Source: Macrostomum lignano (lineage: Eukaryota). From it: a stretch of DNA of 64,000 nucleotides. Location: positions 930,001 to 994,000 of the forward strand of contig NIVC01000089.1 of assembly GCA_002269645.1 (NCBI GenBank), given 5' to 3'. A model generated the notes under the pieces. The model was not told where the DNA came from, ran no database searches, and saw nothing but the letters and a program-made list of their open reading frames with translations. The position numbers and the translations under genes were made by a program. Below are positions 1 through 11,681 of the stretch, in pieces (position 1 is the first letter of the stretch; each line of letters begins with the position of its first letter).

Positions 1-860
1 TTAGTGATGATCTGGGATTCTTCAGTGTTGGGATCTGGGATTCTTAGTGATGGGATCTGCGGATTCTTCAGTGTTGGGATCTGCGATTCTTAGTGATGGG
101 ATCTGCGGATTCTTCAGTGTTGGGATCTGGGATTCTTAGTGATGGGATCTGGGGATTCTTCAGTGTTGGGATCTGGGATTCTTAGTGATGGGATCTGGGG
201 ATTCTTCAGTGTTGGGATCTGGGATTCTTCAGTGTTGGGATCTGCGGATTCTTCAGTGTTGGGATCTGGGATTCTTAGTGATGGGATCTGGGGATTCTTC
301 AATGTTGGGATCTGGGATTCTTCAGTGTTGGGATCTGGGATTCTTCAGTGTTGGGATCTGGGATTCTTCAGTGTTGGGATCTGGGATTCTTCAGTGTTGG
401 GATCTGGGGATTCTTAGTGATGGGATCTGGGGATTCTTCAATGTTGGGATCTGGGGATTCTTAGTGATGGGATCTGGGGATTCTTCAATGTTGGGATCTG
501 GGATTCTTCAGTGTTGGGATCTGGGGATTCTTCAGTGTTGGGATCTGGGATTCTTAGTGATGGGATCTGGGGATTCTTCAGTGTTGGGATCTGGGATTCT
601 TAGTGATGGGATCTGCGGATTCTTCAGTGTTGGGATCTGGGATTCTTAGTGATGGGATCTGGGGATTCTTCAGTGTTGGGATCTGGGATTCTTAGTGATG
701 GGATCTGCGGATTCTTCAGTGTTGGGATCTGGGATTCTTAGTGATGGGATCTGAGATTTTTAGTGTTGGGATTTGGGATTTTTAATGTTGGGATTTGGGA
801 TTTTCGTGTTGGGATCTGGTATTCTTTAGTGTTAATATCTGGGATTCTGAGTGTTGGGAT
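1..860. repeat. Intronic minisatellite, 21-23 bp units (GGGATTCTTCAGTGTTGGGATCT / GGGATTCTTAGTGATGGGATCT), degenerating after ~760
   Basis: Tandem units read directly; lies downstream of the minus-strand donor at 965, so it is inside an RNF145-like intron. Confidence 0.95.
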
Positions 861-965
861 CTGGGACTCTTATTGGTGGGATCTGGGATTTTTGATACTT
901 AGTGTTGGGAGCTTTGGGAATGGGATTAAATTGCACCTTATAATAAGTCTCTAAGAAGCCCTCAC

Positions 966-1310
966 CTGCCACAAATGCAGCGGCACAGCCACCCAGCCGT
1001 CAGCCCAGATCATGCGGCCCAGTCTGTCAAACAGAACGCGAAGATCGGCCACAGCGCCAGGCAGCAGGCGAAGGGCCAGCATGGCGGCCAGGGCTCGGGT
1101 CAGGGCGGCGGCGGCGTTGTGCCACTGCCACGGCTCGCCGACAGCGGCGTCATCGGAGCCGAGCAGCCAGAGCTGGCCGAGTTGGCCGAGTGCCGGCAGG
1201 CAGAAGGCTGCCAAACCCAGGCGGCCGAGGCCGCTCAGGCCCAGCAGGCGGCCAGCCAGAGCCGCCAGGGACAGCTGGCAGGTCACGTGACCGGCTGCGC
1301 CAGTAACCAC
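966..1310 (-). CDS. RNF145: Internal exon of RNF145/TRC8-like multi-pass membrane RING E3 ligase (TRC8 N-terminal region)
   Basis: Polypyrimidine tract plus TCAG acceptor ending at 1311; CAG|GTGAG donor at 965; 345 nt, phase 0/0; ends LFDRLGRMIWADGWVAVPLHLWQ, similar to RNF145 YRELVQVVEVYGLLALGMSLWNQ as recalled. Confidence 0.75.
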
Positions 1311-1424
1311 CTGATTTGCGAAGTGATGCGATTATGAGAAATAGGATGAGAAAAGAGATGAAAACAGATGAGAGGGGTGAGAAGAGAGGGAGAGAAGATA
1401 AGAGAAAAGAGAAAAATCATTTTT

Positions 1425-1745
1425 AACTCATTTGAAATTCATTTGAAATGAAGGACATTCGAAACTCATTTGAAACTCATTTGAAACTCTTTCGAAACTC
1501 ATTTGAACTTCATTTGAAACTCGTTTGGAACTCATTTGAAACTCATTTGAAACTAATTCGAAACTCATTTGAAACTCTTTTAAAACTCATTTGAAACCCA
1601 TTTAAAACTCATTTGAAACTCATTTGAAACCCATTTAAAACTCATTTGAAACTCATTTGAAACTCATTTGAAACTCATTTGAAACCCATTTAAAACTCAA
1701 TTGAAACTCATTCGAAACTCATTTGAAACTCATTTAAAACCCATT
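1425..1745. repeat. 11-bp tandem repeat (GAAACTCATTT)n in intron
   Basis: Directly visible tandem array. Confidence 0.95.
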
Positions 1746-1927
1746 TGCAATGGTCAGGGCCATTGTACACCCTGTGTGAGCGAGTGTATGAGTGCATGCC
1801 TGTGTACAGCATGTACTCAGGAGTCAAAGGAATTGACATGATTGGTTACCCCTCCTCTACATCAGGCTGCTCACCTTTATTTCAGCCATTATTAATGAAT
1901 TAAGTAGGGAGGAAAAGCATTGCTCAC

Positions 1928-2097
1928 CTGCCAATAGTGATCTGGATCGGCGATGGCCAAACTGGGGCAGCAGTGAATGACATAAAGCTGCGACAGGCGA
2001 GCCTGGGCGCATACAATGGCAGCTGCGGCCATGCAATTGTAAATGGCCAGCAGCTTATCAAATGGCATAAAGGCAATGCCAAAGAACACAAAGAAGC
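1928..2097 (-). CDS. RNF145: Internal exon of RNF145/TRC8-like E3 ligase
   Basis: ACAG acceptor ending at 2098, CAG|GTGAG donor at 1927; phase 1 in, phase 0 out, matching both neighbours; [33 protein letters not shown] parallels RNF145 LLTLPRQHLVQLYLYFLTALLLYAGHQISRDYV. Confidence 0.8.
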
Positions 2098-3414
2098 CTG
2101 TAGTGTTGGAATAATAAATGAGTACTAATTAGTATTCAAGTATCAAGAAATTGCTTCAATTGGTTTTGAAAACATGTTTGGGTTAATCAATTAAAGCCTA
2201 TTAGTTTTATACATTGGCTATATGCACTTATTTGTGTCACTATGACTAATTAAACATTTTTAAACACATAAGCTGTCAAAACTATTGGCTTTAATATTTT
2301 GATTTAGATGATATCATATAATAAAATACTAATTAATTATTTATAAGGTATTTTTTCAGTTATTGTGTAAATAACATAGGCAATATCTACATGGTATTGT
2401 GCAAATAATGATTGCCAAAAATTATATGCTTTATATACTAAGGACCTTAGGCTTAGTATATGCCATATACATACAATACTAAGTATATATATATTAGGAA
2501 ACCTTTCTATATATTGCCAAGAAAAACTTCTATGGCAAAGGCCATCTTCCTGACTATAGATTCTATTAGTCTCTTACAATTGGTCTATATCATAATTACA
2601 GAATTTGAGAGAGGGATATTTTAAACTATTAGAAAGGTTTATTTCAAATTTCTACCATTATTATAGCAATCAGATTTTATTCCACAAATTTGTTTAAACA
2701 TGCCTTTGCCATTGGTTTTTATATAAATAAAAGTGATTTCCATGCCCAGAGAAGCAACCAATCTTTTGGTTCTGAGGCAATTTGCCTGACAAAACTGAAT
2801 AAGCTAAGTTGCTAAAGCCTTTCTCATTTGTTAAAATTAAGAGCAAATGCTCATTAGCCAGGTGGAAATTACCAAGAGCACAAGATGAATAGTCTAAGAG
2901 CCAATAGCATAATAGCAAAGAGACTAGGCATAAATTAGCCAACTGACAAAGGGAGAAATATCCCAATAGGATTGTTTGAATTGAACAGCCAATAGGAAGT
3001 CATATATGACAAGAGCAAATCCATAATAAATAAGAAACTGAAATTCACCAAGCAACCTTGATCCATTAGAGAGTGCTACTTTAGGACTCAGTCATCCCCC
3101 TTCTAGCTAAACAGTGACTTGCCACTTGGGCACTGCGTGCTACCAGGGCAATCCATATTCATGTGAGAGCCCATAACCCCAACTGCACAACATCATAATT
3201 TTAGTAGGCTATAGTGACGTGACCCTAACGGCCTAATCATTAATTTCACAAAATTCTAAATTAGGCCTACAGCTAGTTTACCCTGTGGTGTCAGCATTAA
3301 AATAAAAGTCCCCTACAACAACTTGATAACAGCAGTTGAATTTCATAGAATAAATTTCATAAATAACCCTACAATAAAGTATTATATTGTGTTAATCCTT
3401 TTAAATATTATTAT

Positions 3415-6400
3415 TAGGGTGTCCAGTGAGAATTTTTTTTCTGAAATTTTTTGGTTTTGACTTATGTAACTTATAGACCTGGATGTTATGAGTAAAATGA
3501 CACTTCACTTTTTTAATTTGGTCAAGTAATAAAAAAGTTATGAGTATTTTTGTTTTAAAAAGAATGCGTTTTTTCCGTATTCTTAATACATTAGAAAGTG
3601 AAGCCAATTCCACGTCATTTTTACTTTTTTCTTTAATTAAGTGTAAATAACTTTTTTGTTAGTTAAGCTACTTCTTTGACTTTGGTGTCAATTTTTAGGT
3701 AATTTAACTGTGCAATATAATTTGTAACTAAAAAAGTTCTCCTGCTTAGCAGTTTTTTGCTGCAGGATGTTCTGTTAATAAAAAAATGTTTTTTTTATGC
3801 TGCCGGAGTCATACTTTTTTACTTTAAAGTCCCCTTAAAATACTTGTACTATACTTAGACAGACTTTCTTGGTGTCAAACTTTAGATTTCTTTTAGTTCT
3901 TTTAGGAAACATAAAAATTGTGCAGTTTAAGTATAGCTGTAGGTGAGGAGAATTTTTTTAAGGAAAATTTGTGAATAAGGGTTCAGGAAGGCAAACTGGG
4001 TGATAGTGTCTAGTAGACAGTTTTAAGTTAGAATGTCAGGGTTTTTACTTTTTTAACAAATACAACTGGATGTTATGAGTAAAATGACATATTACTTTTA
4101 AAGATATGTTGAATAATAAAAAAGTTATAAGAATTTTTAAAAAAAAATTCATTGCACTGCTTCTCTCTCTGTATTGTTATAAATGGGTAATGACATGTAT
4201 ATGGTATAAAAAATGTTTCATAACTTCATAAGTTTCTGTTTCCATATTTTCTGGCTTGTCCTTAATATATAAATATGACTAATATTATGAGTATCTGGCT
4301 TTACTGTGAGTTTATGTCATTTATCATGTCAAAATATACTATTTCACTTTCAGATGCTATTATGTCATAATATAAATAGTAATTGTAAATTATGTCAGAA
4401 CAATATACTCATACTCAATTTTATCGCTCCATTTCTAACCCTCACTCCAGTGCTTCTGCTAGCATTTAAATTGAATACTACATAATATTTCATAAGAATT
4501 TATTTCTATGTCCAACTCAACGACACCCAAGACTGGTGCAGCCAGTAGCGCTGGGCCTGGCACCCCTATTGCTCGATCAAGGGGTCGACCCAGATTGCAG
4601 GTCACCAATGCCATGGCAATCGCTACTGTAGAGCAGCAGCAGCAGGGTGTTAGTTTCACTGAAAAATGGACTGCTTTGGCTGACTGTCTTGAGCAACAAG
4701 ACATGAGCCTAGCTGAGTTAAAGACCTTGCAGGGAGCCTTCAGTCGCATGTACGCAAAGGCAGAAGCCCTGAAGAAGAGCACGCATGGTGCTGGTAGAGA
4801 TGAAGGCAGAGCTGCCTACCAGCAGTTCTTGGAGAGTAAATTTGTACCTCCTGCCACGCGTGGCCGTGAGGCTGCAGATGCAGCTACCACTAGGCCTGCG
4901 GATGCACCTGCCACGCCTGCTGGCGCACCTGCCACGCCTGCTGGCGCACCTGCCACGCCTGCTGGCGCACCTGCCACGCCTGGTCGCGTCCAGGCAGCTG
5001 CCAGTGCCCTGTCACCAGAAGAGCAGCGCGGTCAGGAGGATGGGCTTCATGCAGCACTGCGTGAGGTAAGCCTTCTAGAGTGAGGAGTGAGGCTGTATCT
5101 CGCATTGTCTATTGAAATGAGTTTAAACTTTGAACAGGTACCCTTCGACTTGTCAGGTAGTAAGATAGTTTTTTTTTACTTTACTGTTGCAAAAAGAAAG
5201 CCTTAATTATGTCTTGTCCTGACACAACTTTCCGGGTAACGCAAGGGACTGAAATCTGGAACTTTATTTTATCCCCCTTTCACACAGGCACGATATCGTC
5301 TGACTCTATCCGAGGCAAGGGTCAGGCGGCTTATATTTCGCCTCTCAAGACGGCCATCGATGAAGGTATGGCAGCAGCGCGTCAGACGCCTCCAGCGGCG
5401 GATCCGAGACGCCCGCCGACAATATCGGTACCAGGCCAGGATGCTGCTGGATGTGCGTGCGAATCTATTGCTGGAGAAGCGCCAGTCGGCCATTCGCATG
5501 GACGCGGAGGCCAAACGTCAGATCGAAGCCCTACGGTCTGAAGTACGGCAGGCGCATCATTTGCTGGCTGAAGCCAACAGCAAGGTGAGACGAACTGTAA
5601 AGTGAAAAGGGTAGGAAAGTATTAAATTGCTGGTGTGTTTGTTCTTAAGAAGCTGCGCTCATCGGAGATGTCTGGCGCACGGGCTTGGATAATGGGATTT
5701 GACCTTATGGTAGACGCATAATCAGACACGAACTCAATTGGTCTGGAACCATCATTTCACACTTCTACAAAACAGGTTGAACAGCTGACAGGCCAGGTGG
5801 CAGCCGGCCGTCTGCTGCAGACAATGGAGTCACGACCTGGAGGTGGCGTGCAGTACACGAACGATGTCGTTCGGGCGTGCGTCAGTCTCGTGCTCGATTG
5901 CCACGTCCCTATCCGTTACGTCAGCTCCGCCATTCGAAAGGTCGTGGAGCAGTTGTGCGGGATGCAGGTGGAGAACCTGCCGTCCGTGTCGCACATAAGT
6001 GCCGTGTCCTACAGCGTCGGCGGGAGTCTCGCTAAGGCCAGCGCCATGGAGAAGCTCCTGGTGGCCGCGCAGGACGACAAGGCGCTGACGCTGATGACCG
6101 ACGCCACCAGTAAACGAGGAGAGCACTGGTCGGATTGGCAGGTACAACTATACTTTTTCTCATTTGCATAAACTTTTGCTTCGAATGATGGCATGTCGAT
6201 ATCGAAACAGACAGAAGAATACTTACACCAAACTGCAATCCCCCTCATCACACAGATTTCCACTGGCGGGAACGAGCAGGTCACGCTGGCTCTTCGGCCT
6301 GTAGAGGGTGGTACAGCGGAGATGTACGCCCGTGACATGGACGCCTCCGTCGATGAGCTAGTGGAGTCCTTCTGCGACGTCACTAAGCCCGACGTCAGTG

Positions 6401-9400
6401 TTGAAGACAGGGTCCGGTTGAAGCGGGAGCTCTTCATCCGGATCAACTTTCTCATGACGGACCGCCACGTCGTTAACAAGTGCCTGTTGGTGAGTGTGAC
6501 GCGGAGGGTTAGGTCTAGCAGTGGTTCAGTGTTGTTTCGAGAAATTTACGGCAGTCATTTTTTCTTACATTTCGTATAGGTGCTTCTTAACGAGATGCGC
6601 GACACCTTCGCGAGGCAGGCCGGTGAGGACCAGCCGGAGAAGGTCACGGCCCTTTTCTGTGGCATGCATGCCATCGTTAATCTGGCTGCCGCGGCTGAAA
6701 GCGGTCTCAAAGCCTGGGAGGCCTGCGTGTCATCGCAGCCACTCGGTGCCGCTGCGCTACCCGGTTTCTGGACTTCAAAGGCCGAGTCCGGTAGGATTTT
6801 CCATATGGCGTGCAGGCTAGGGTTACAACTTAAGTTGATGTTGAAAGCTTCTGCACTGTTTGATTACTTTCATTGTAAAAAATGTGGTACTAACAGGTTA
6901 GAATAATTGACTAAGTCAATAAATATGCAGTCACACGGAGTACTTCCTTTCAATTCAAGTACTCCTAATCGATTCTATACCAGTATACGACCCTAACCAT
7001 GTCCACAGGCACTCAGCGTACCATCAGGACGGTCTGCAAGGCGTTTCATCGGCTCGGGAACGAGCAGTGCGGCGTCGCAGTTCCGTACGAAACGTACTTA
7101 CAGTCGCAGGGCGCAAAGCCGTTCCAGATGGAGGACTTCCGCGGCAACCGGGCGTACGTCATCTTCCCGAATGGAGGTCACGTTTTCCGCCAGCGGGAGC
7201 TCCTGCTGACTTTCCTGACGGAGTACCCGTGCAGCAACCGCCTGCTGCTAGCCGTGCAAGCAGATCTCGCCTCGAATGTCCTGCTGAGTGGCTGTCGAGC
7301 GCTTGGTGTCATCGACATGCTGGTGATTCGGCCATTGTGGATGCTGAACCGGCAGTCAACAGTCCGAATTCTGGACATGAACCAGCGCTACGAGCAACTC
7401 TGCGACTGGCTGGAGGAGCTGGCCACGGCAGACGGCTTCCGCTTTTCGGGCGACCAGAGCGGCCCATTTCCTGACCTTGCTGGGGCAGTGCTAGCGCCCG
7501 ATGACGCTGGCGACGTTTGGAGTGCGTTGACGGCCGATGCGTCGCAGCTGGACAACGATCTACTGAGCCAGGCGCTGCAGGTCACCGCTGCATACATGCT
7601 CGTGCTGCTTCGTCGTGAGGTCTGCGACCACTTGCCCGGCGGTGCCCTGCGCAATTTGTCCGACGAGCAGCGCCGTCTGACAGCGGATGCGCCGAAAGAC
7701 AACGTCGCTCCGAGCGCAATTTTGCTGTGCTGGACAGCACGGTGACTTGCAAGCCGCACATGCGCCCATTGGCTCGAGAGGCGTACGTCCTCTTTCAGCA
7801 GAACGCTACGGAGCAGTGGCTGCATCAAAAAACTCGAGATGAGCAGGAGGCCATGCTTTCTCGGGCTCGGAAGATTTCCGGGAAAGTTGAGGCACGGGCA
7901 AAGGCGACGAAACAGGCGATCGACAAGGCACGGCAGCAGTTGCAGCAGGCGCGCATCGAGGCAGTGCACCGCAAGAGAGTCGCCAAGGACTGCTCCCTCC
8001 GTGACCACATGCGCGCTGTTCACGAGTTCGGCGGCGTCTGGATTACCGTCAGCGACATGACGGAGGCGCTGCAGCAGCTCCCATCTGGACGTCACGAGCA
8101 AGCTGTGACAGCGCAGCTGCGTCTGCAGAAAGCCATGAGTAAGACAGCGTAGTGTTGGTTTTAAGTAGGAAGTAAATTTTAAAATTGGTCTTTAGCAAAG
8201 AAAGTTTCACGAAAATTTTGCTGAAAGTTGACTTTCAAACGTTCAGGAATCAGGTAATTTGGAGAATTCATTATCACCTACAAACTTACTTCCATGCAGA
8301 GCCTACTCTGCCAAGGGACCTGGCTGCCCTGCTCAACCTGTCGCAAGCCGGTGTAAGACGCAGCCTGCCCGCCCTGACTGCCAACCTGCGACAAGTAATT
8401 GCCCATCTGGAGGCTGAAAAGGCAGCAGTTGCCGTCGCGGTCGACACCCAAGGCAACACCAACATCCGGCCCTGTAATGAGCGGGCAGAGCTTGTCCGCT
8501 CTGCTGTCACCAAGAAGCTGGAGGCCCGTCAGGTGGCAGCTACGACTGGCCAGCAGCACCAAGGTGGCGCAGCAGGCAGCGGGCGTGGTGCTAGCGCGTC
8601 AGGCAGTCGGGCACGCGGTCGGGGTCGCGGACGTGGTCAGGGGTGTGGCCGTGGCCAGGGTAGAGCTTCGAGCAGGCAAAAGCGAGCGCCGCTGCCGACT
8701 TCTGATTCGGAGTCAGACTCTGCCGAGGCCATTGCAGAGCAGCAGGCTGCTGCTATTCCCCCCTCGCTGAGCAACCTCCCACAGCTGGAAGGCCGACGTG
8801 TGGAGGTTTTGTTTGGCTACACCGATGGCGAGGTCTGGGAGCAGGGTGTCGTTGTCCGCCATGTTCCGGGTACCAATGCAGACATCCTTGAGCATAAGTT
8901 CAAGGTTGTGTTTGACGACCATGGCAGCACAACCTTTGAATATAACTTGTACGAAGACTATTTGAAGGGTGACCTTCATGTCCTGTCAGACGACGAGTAG
9001 CTCAACAGAGTTACTGAACTTCTTGAATATTGAGTCTAAACTGAAATGATCAAGTGAGAGTGGATAATGTAGTATAGGTAATTACAATTCCTTAACTAAA
9101 AGCAACATTACTATCATATAAGTTGTTTAGATCAACAGCTCATATACATCAGTTTCAATTTGGGTCAAAGCAGAGTCAAATAGTCCCCATTAGAAGCTGC
9201 AAAATGCCCAGTTTTGTTTTTTCCCTATCTCCGCAGTGTATTTCCAAGAAACGTTCTACAGTCTATGGCCAATGGTGCCTTTGCGTTTTGGCCTACATAG
9301 AAATCCTTTCTAGACCTTATTTGGGGTGCGTTAGGCTACATTTTAAGCAAAGGAAACATTCGTGCTTCAAACAGGCCATCCAATATTTGAAGTTTTACAT

Positions 9401-9974
9401 TTTCCTATGAGATTTTACATGTATTTGGTGAAATTTTTGCCCAGCACTTGCGTTTATAGTTAGGAGGTCGAACTTTCGCTGAAACTGCTTCATTTGGTTG
9501 CCATAACAACTACATAAAGTTTCAGGGGCATGCTTACACCCGATCTTGAAAAACTGACATTCACCAATTTTCATGTACATGACATGCTTGTACATGAAAA
9601 AATTTTTTCTTCAAAAAAAATAGCTCCTAAGGTACTCATACATGTTTACTAAGCTCCAGTGTTGAAAAAAATCATGAAAAACAGTTCAGTTTTTATGTAG
9701 GACCAATTCTACAAAACCCACTTTCTTTTTTGGATTTTGCCTCAATTTTAAATTTCTGTAAAAATGGCACAACTTTGCCATGCTGTAACTTTTTTGTATA
9801 AAATGAAATCGCTTGATTCTTTTTTTATGTTGTAGATATAAGTCCTAACTTTCTAAAAAGTATAAACTCATTGCTGTAGCTTACATACTTACCGATTTAC
9901 AGACATTTGAAATTAGGTCATTTTCATATTTTTCAAAAATCATACATTGAAAAAATAGCTCACTGGACACCCTA
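3415..9974 (+). mobile_element. Autonomous-type DNA transposon, hAT-related CxxH DDE clade (probably hATw-like), 6.56 kb
   Basis: TIRs TAGGGTGTCCAGTGAG at 3415 and CTCACTGGACACCCTA ending 9974; encloses a spliced transposase gene; flanks are low-complexity (TTATTAT / ATTATTT) so the TSD is imperfect; inserted antisense in an RNF145 intron. Confidence 0.85.
4508..9000 (+). CDS. Transposase, 7 exons, ~1165 aa, one frameshift near 7710; AT-hook-like RGRPR, coiled coil, DDE core with CxxH, RG-rich linker, C-terminal Spin/Ssty-type Tudor
   Basis: Exons 4508-5065, 5288-5584, 5776-6141, 6256-6489, 6580-6790, 7009-8138, 8300-9000, all GT-AG and phase-compatible; motifs LMTDATSK (D at 6100), LMTDRH (D at 6460), FCGMH (~6655-6669), FRGNR, ERNF (E at 7712, after a 1-nt shift). 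Confidence 0.85.
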
Positions 9975-10135
9975 ATTATTTAAAACTTATTATTTAATTA
10001 TTTAATTATACCAACCTTTTTTTGACTACTACTAGTGTAACAATCGAAAGCATGAAAGATATTTCAGAAATTTATCACGTGGAAATTATCACAAAAAGAA
10101 AAAAAATTAAAATATAATATAATGTAGCAACATAC

Positions 10136-10463
10136 CTGTAAATGAAACAATTAAAAAAAGAATTTTGGAAGCAATATCATTTGATATTTGATCTAATGTG
10201 TCTGGGACAATTGGTGGTAATTTGGGACCAAGTGCATCGGCTTTGCTGGAAAATAAAAAGCTTTGAAATAAGTTGCAAAGAAAGATAGCCATCTCAGCGT
10301 GCGCAGGTAACGTTCGTACCTCATTCTCATTGGTGATATTATTAGAATCTGTGCCAAAAAAATTGAGAATCCGTGGAGGAAATTGAAAAGCATTTAAATA
10401 ATACAGAGAAGGAACTCTCAGCAAAGAATCCAACATCTTAAAAAGTTTTTTGTTAACAGCCAG
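10136..10463 (-). CDS. RNF145: First visible coding exon of RNF145/TRC8-like E3 ligase (candidate ATG at 10436)
   Basis: MLDSLLRVPSLYYLNAF matches the family N-terminus (RNF145 LNVALRVPSIMLLDVL; TRC8 LEVALRVPCLYIIDAI); CAG|GTATGT donor at 10135, phase 1, joins exon 2097; TTTAG acceptor ending at 10464. Confidence 0.8.
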
Positions 10464-10469
10464 CTAAAA

Positions 10470-10870
10470 TACAAATCATGAAACAACGTTTGCAGAGGCA
10501 CATTTTACACTAATTTATCGACGCACGTTTCATAGAAAATCAGAAGTCAAAAGTCCGTTAGTCCAATATAACAGGTTTATTCCTAGTAGTTGCACATTTA
10601 AAAGTTAAAAAAAGTTTGTAAATAATAATAACACAATACAGTTAGTATTAAGACTGCAAATTACCTAAAAAATATCTGTAAGGTATACTCTTCTTTAAAA
10701 TTTTACGTGATATTGTTGTTGCACGATCGCCTGCACTTAGCCAGCTGCTACTTTTTTACACTTAATTTTTTTCTAAAGGGTGTTTGAAATTTGAATATCG
10801 TCATTCAGTGGCCATCTTAAGTGGATTGAAATCACTACAGTAGTAAACACACCACAGTATATACATACTA
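10470..10870. promoter_or_regulatory. Candidate bidirectional promoter between RNF145-like (minus) and putative DNAJA3 exon 1 (plus)
   Basis: Head-to-head arrangement; YY1-like GGCCATCTT at ~10810. Depends on the exon-1 inference. Confidence 0.3.
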
Positions 10871-10876
10871 TAAATT

Positions 10877-10916
10877 ATGCGTTGGAATGTACTTCTTCAG
10901 TTTAAATTCTCAATTA
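10877..10916 (+). CDS. DNAJA3: Putative exon 1 of DNAJA3 (MRWNVLLQFKFSI, start of a mitochondrial presequence)
   Basis: ATG at 10877, GTAAGT donor at 10917, phase 1, which joins in frame to the acceptor at 32427. Confidence 0.4.
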
Positions 10917-11681
10917 GTAAGTAAACCGCATTTGATTGCTGCTTGTATTGTATCTGCTTGGGATCAGACTATTGTAGTCACAAAATTGTGGCTAGATTTT
11001 TATATATATATCGATAATCACTATATATATTATTCTATGACATTTGCTTATGTATTTGCCACTTTAGTTAAATTATTTGATTTTCTTACAAAGCTCATTG
11101 ACCTAGCTTAGTCTAATGTTCTTATAATTGTATGAAATCAGGCCTAGGGCCATGCATTTTTAGACCTGTTATTTTTATAACTTACAGTAATCATATAAAT
11201 AGTAAAAGTCGTTTTTTACACTCAACACTTGTAACAATTACCCAAGCCAAGTATATAAATTGAATAATAACTTGCTATATTGTTATAAGGACTCTACTAA
11301 AACTACCTAAAATACTAATTATTATAGGCCCTAGTTGTTTTGCTAACAAACATTTTTAGGACAGTCATTTTGGTAAGTAATTAGCCAAGTCATTTTGGCA
11401 AAGATAAGGATCTTTGGATCACCATATTAGATTAGAAAGTTTTGCACAATTCACAAATTTTGGCACATGTTTTTACTTTAAAATTTTTCAAAAGAATTTT
11501 AAAAGTTTTGGCACTTAAATTTTGTAAGAAAATTTTTATAGTTTTTCCATGTGCAAGTTGCGCAAGTTTACTAAAGATATGAAATTTTATGATAAAGACC
11601 CTATATCTTTATATTTATATATTTGAGTATTCTAAGTTAAGTTCAAAATAAACAATAATAAAACAAAATGTTAGTTTTAAT

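Noticed and set aside
114-649. ORFs across the first minisatellite
   Set aside because: Translations of a 21-23 bp tandem repeat open in several frames; intronic, no coding signal.
975-1337. Plus-strand Q/A-rich ORFs
   Set aside because: Antisense shadows of the GC-rich RNF145-like exon, which has proper minus-strand splice sites.
2694-2966. 90-aa minus-strand ORF with a signal-peptide-like start
   Set aside because: TTG start, no convincing splice sites, and the flanking RNF145 exons already join in phase without it; treated as chance.
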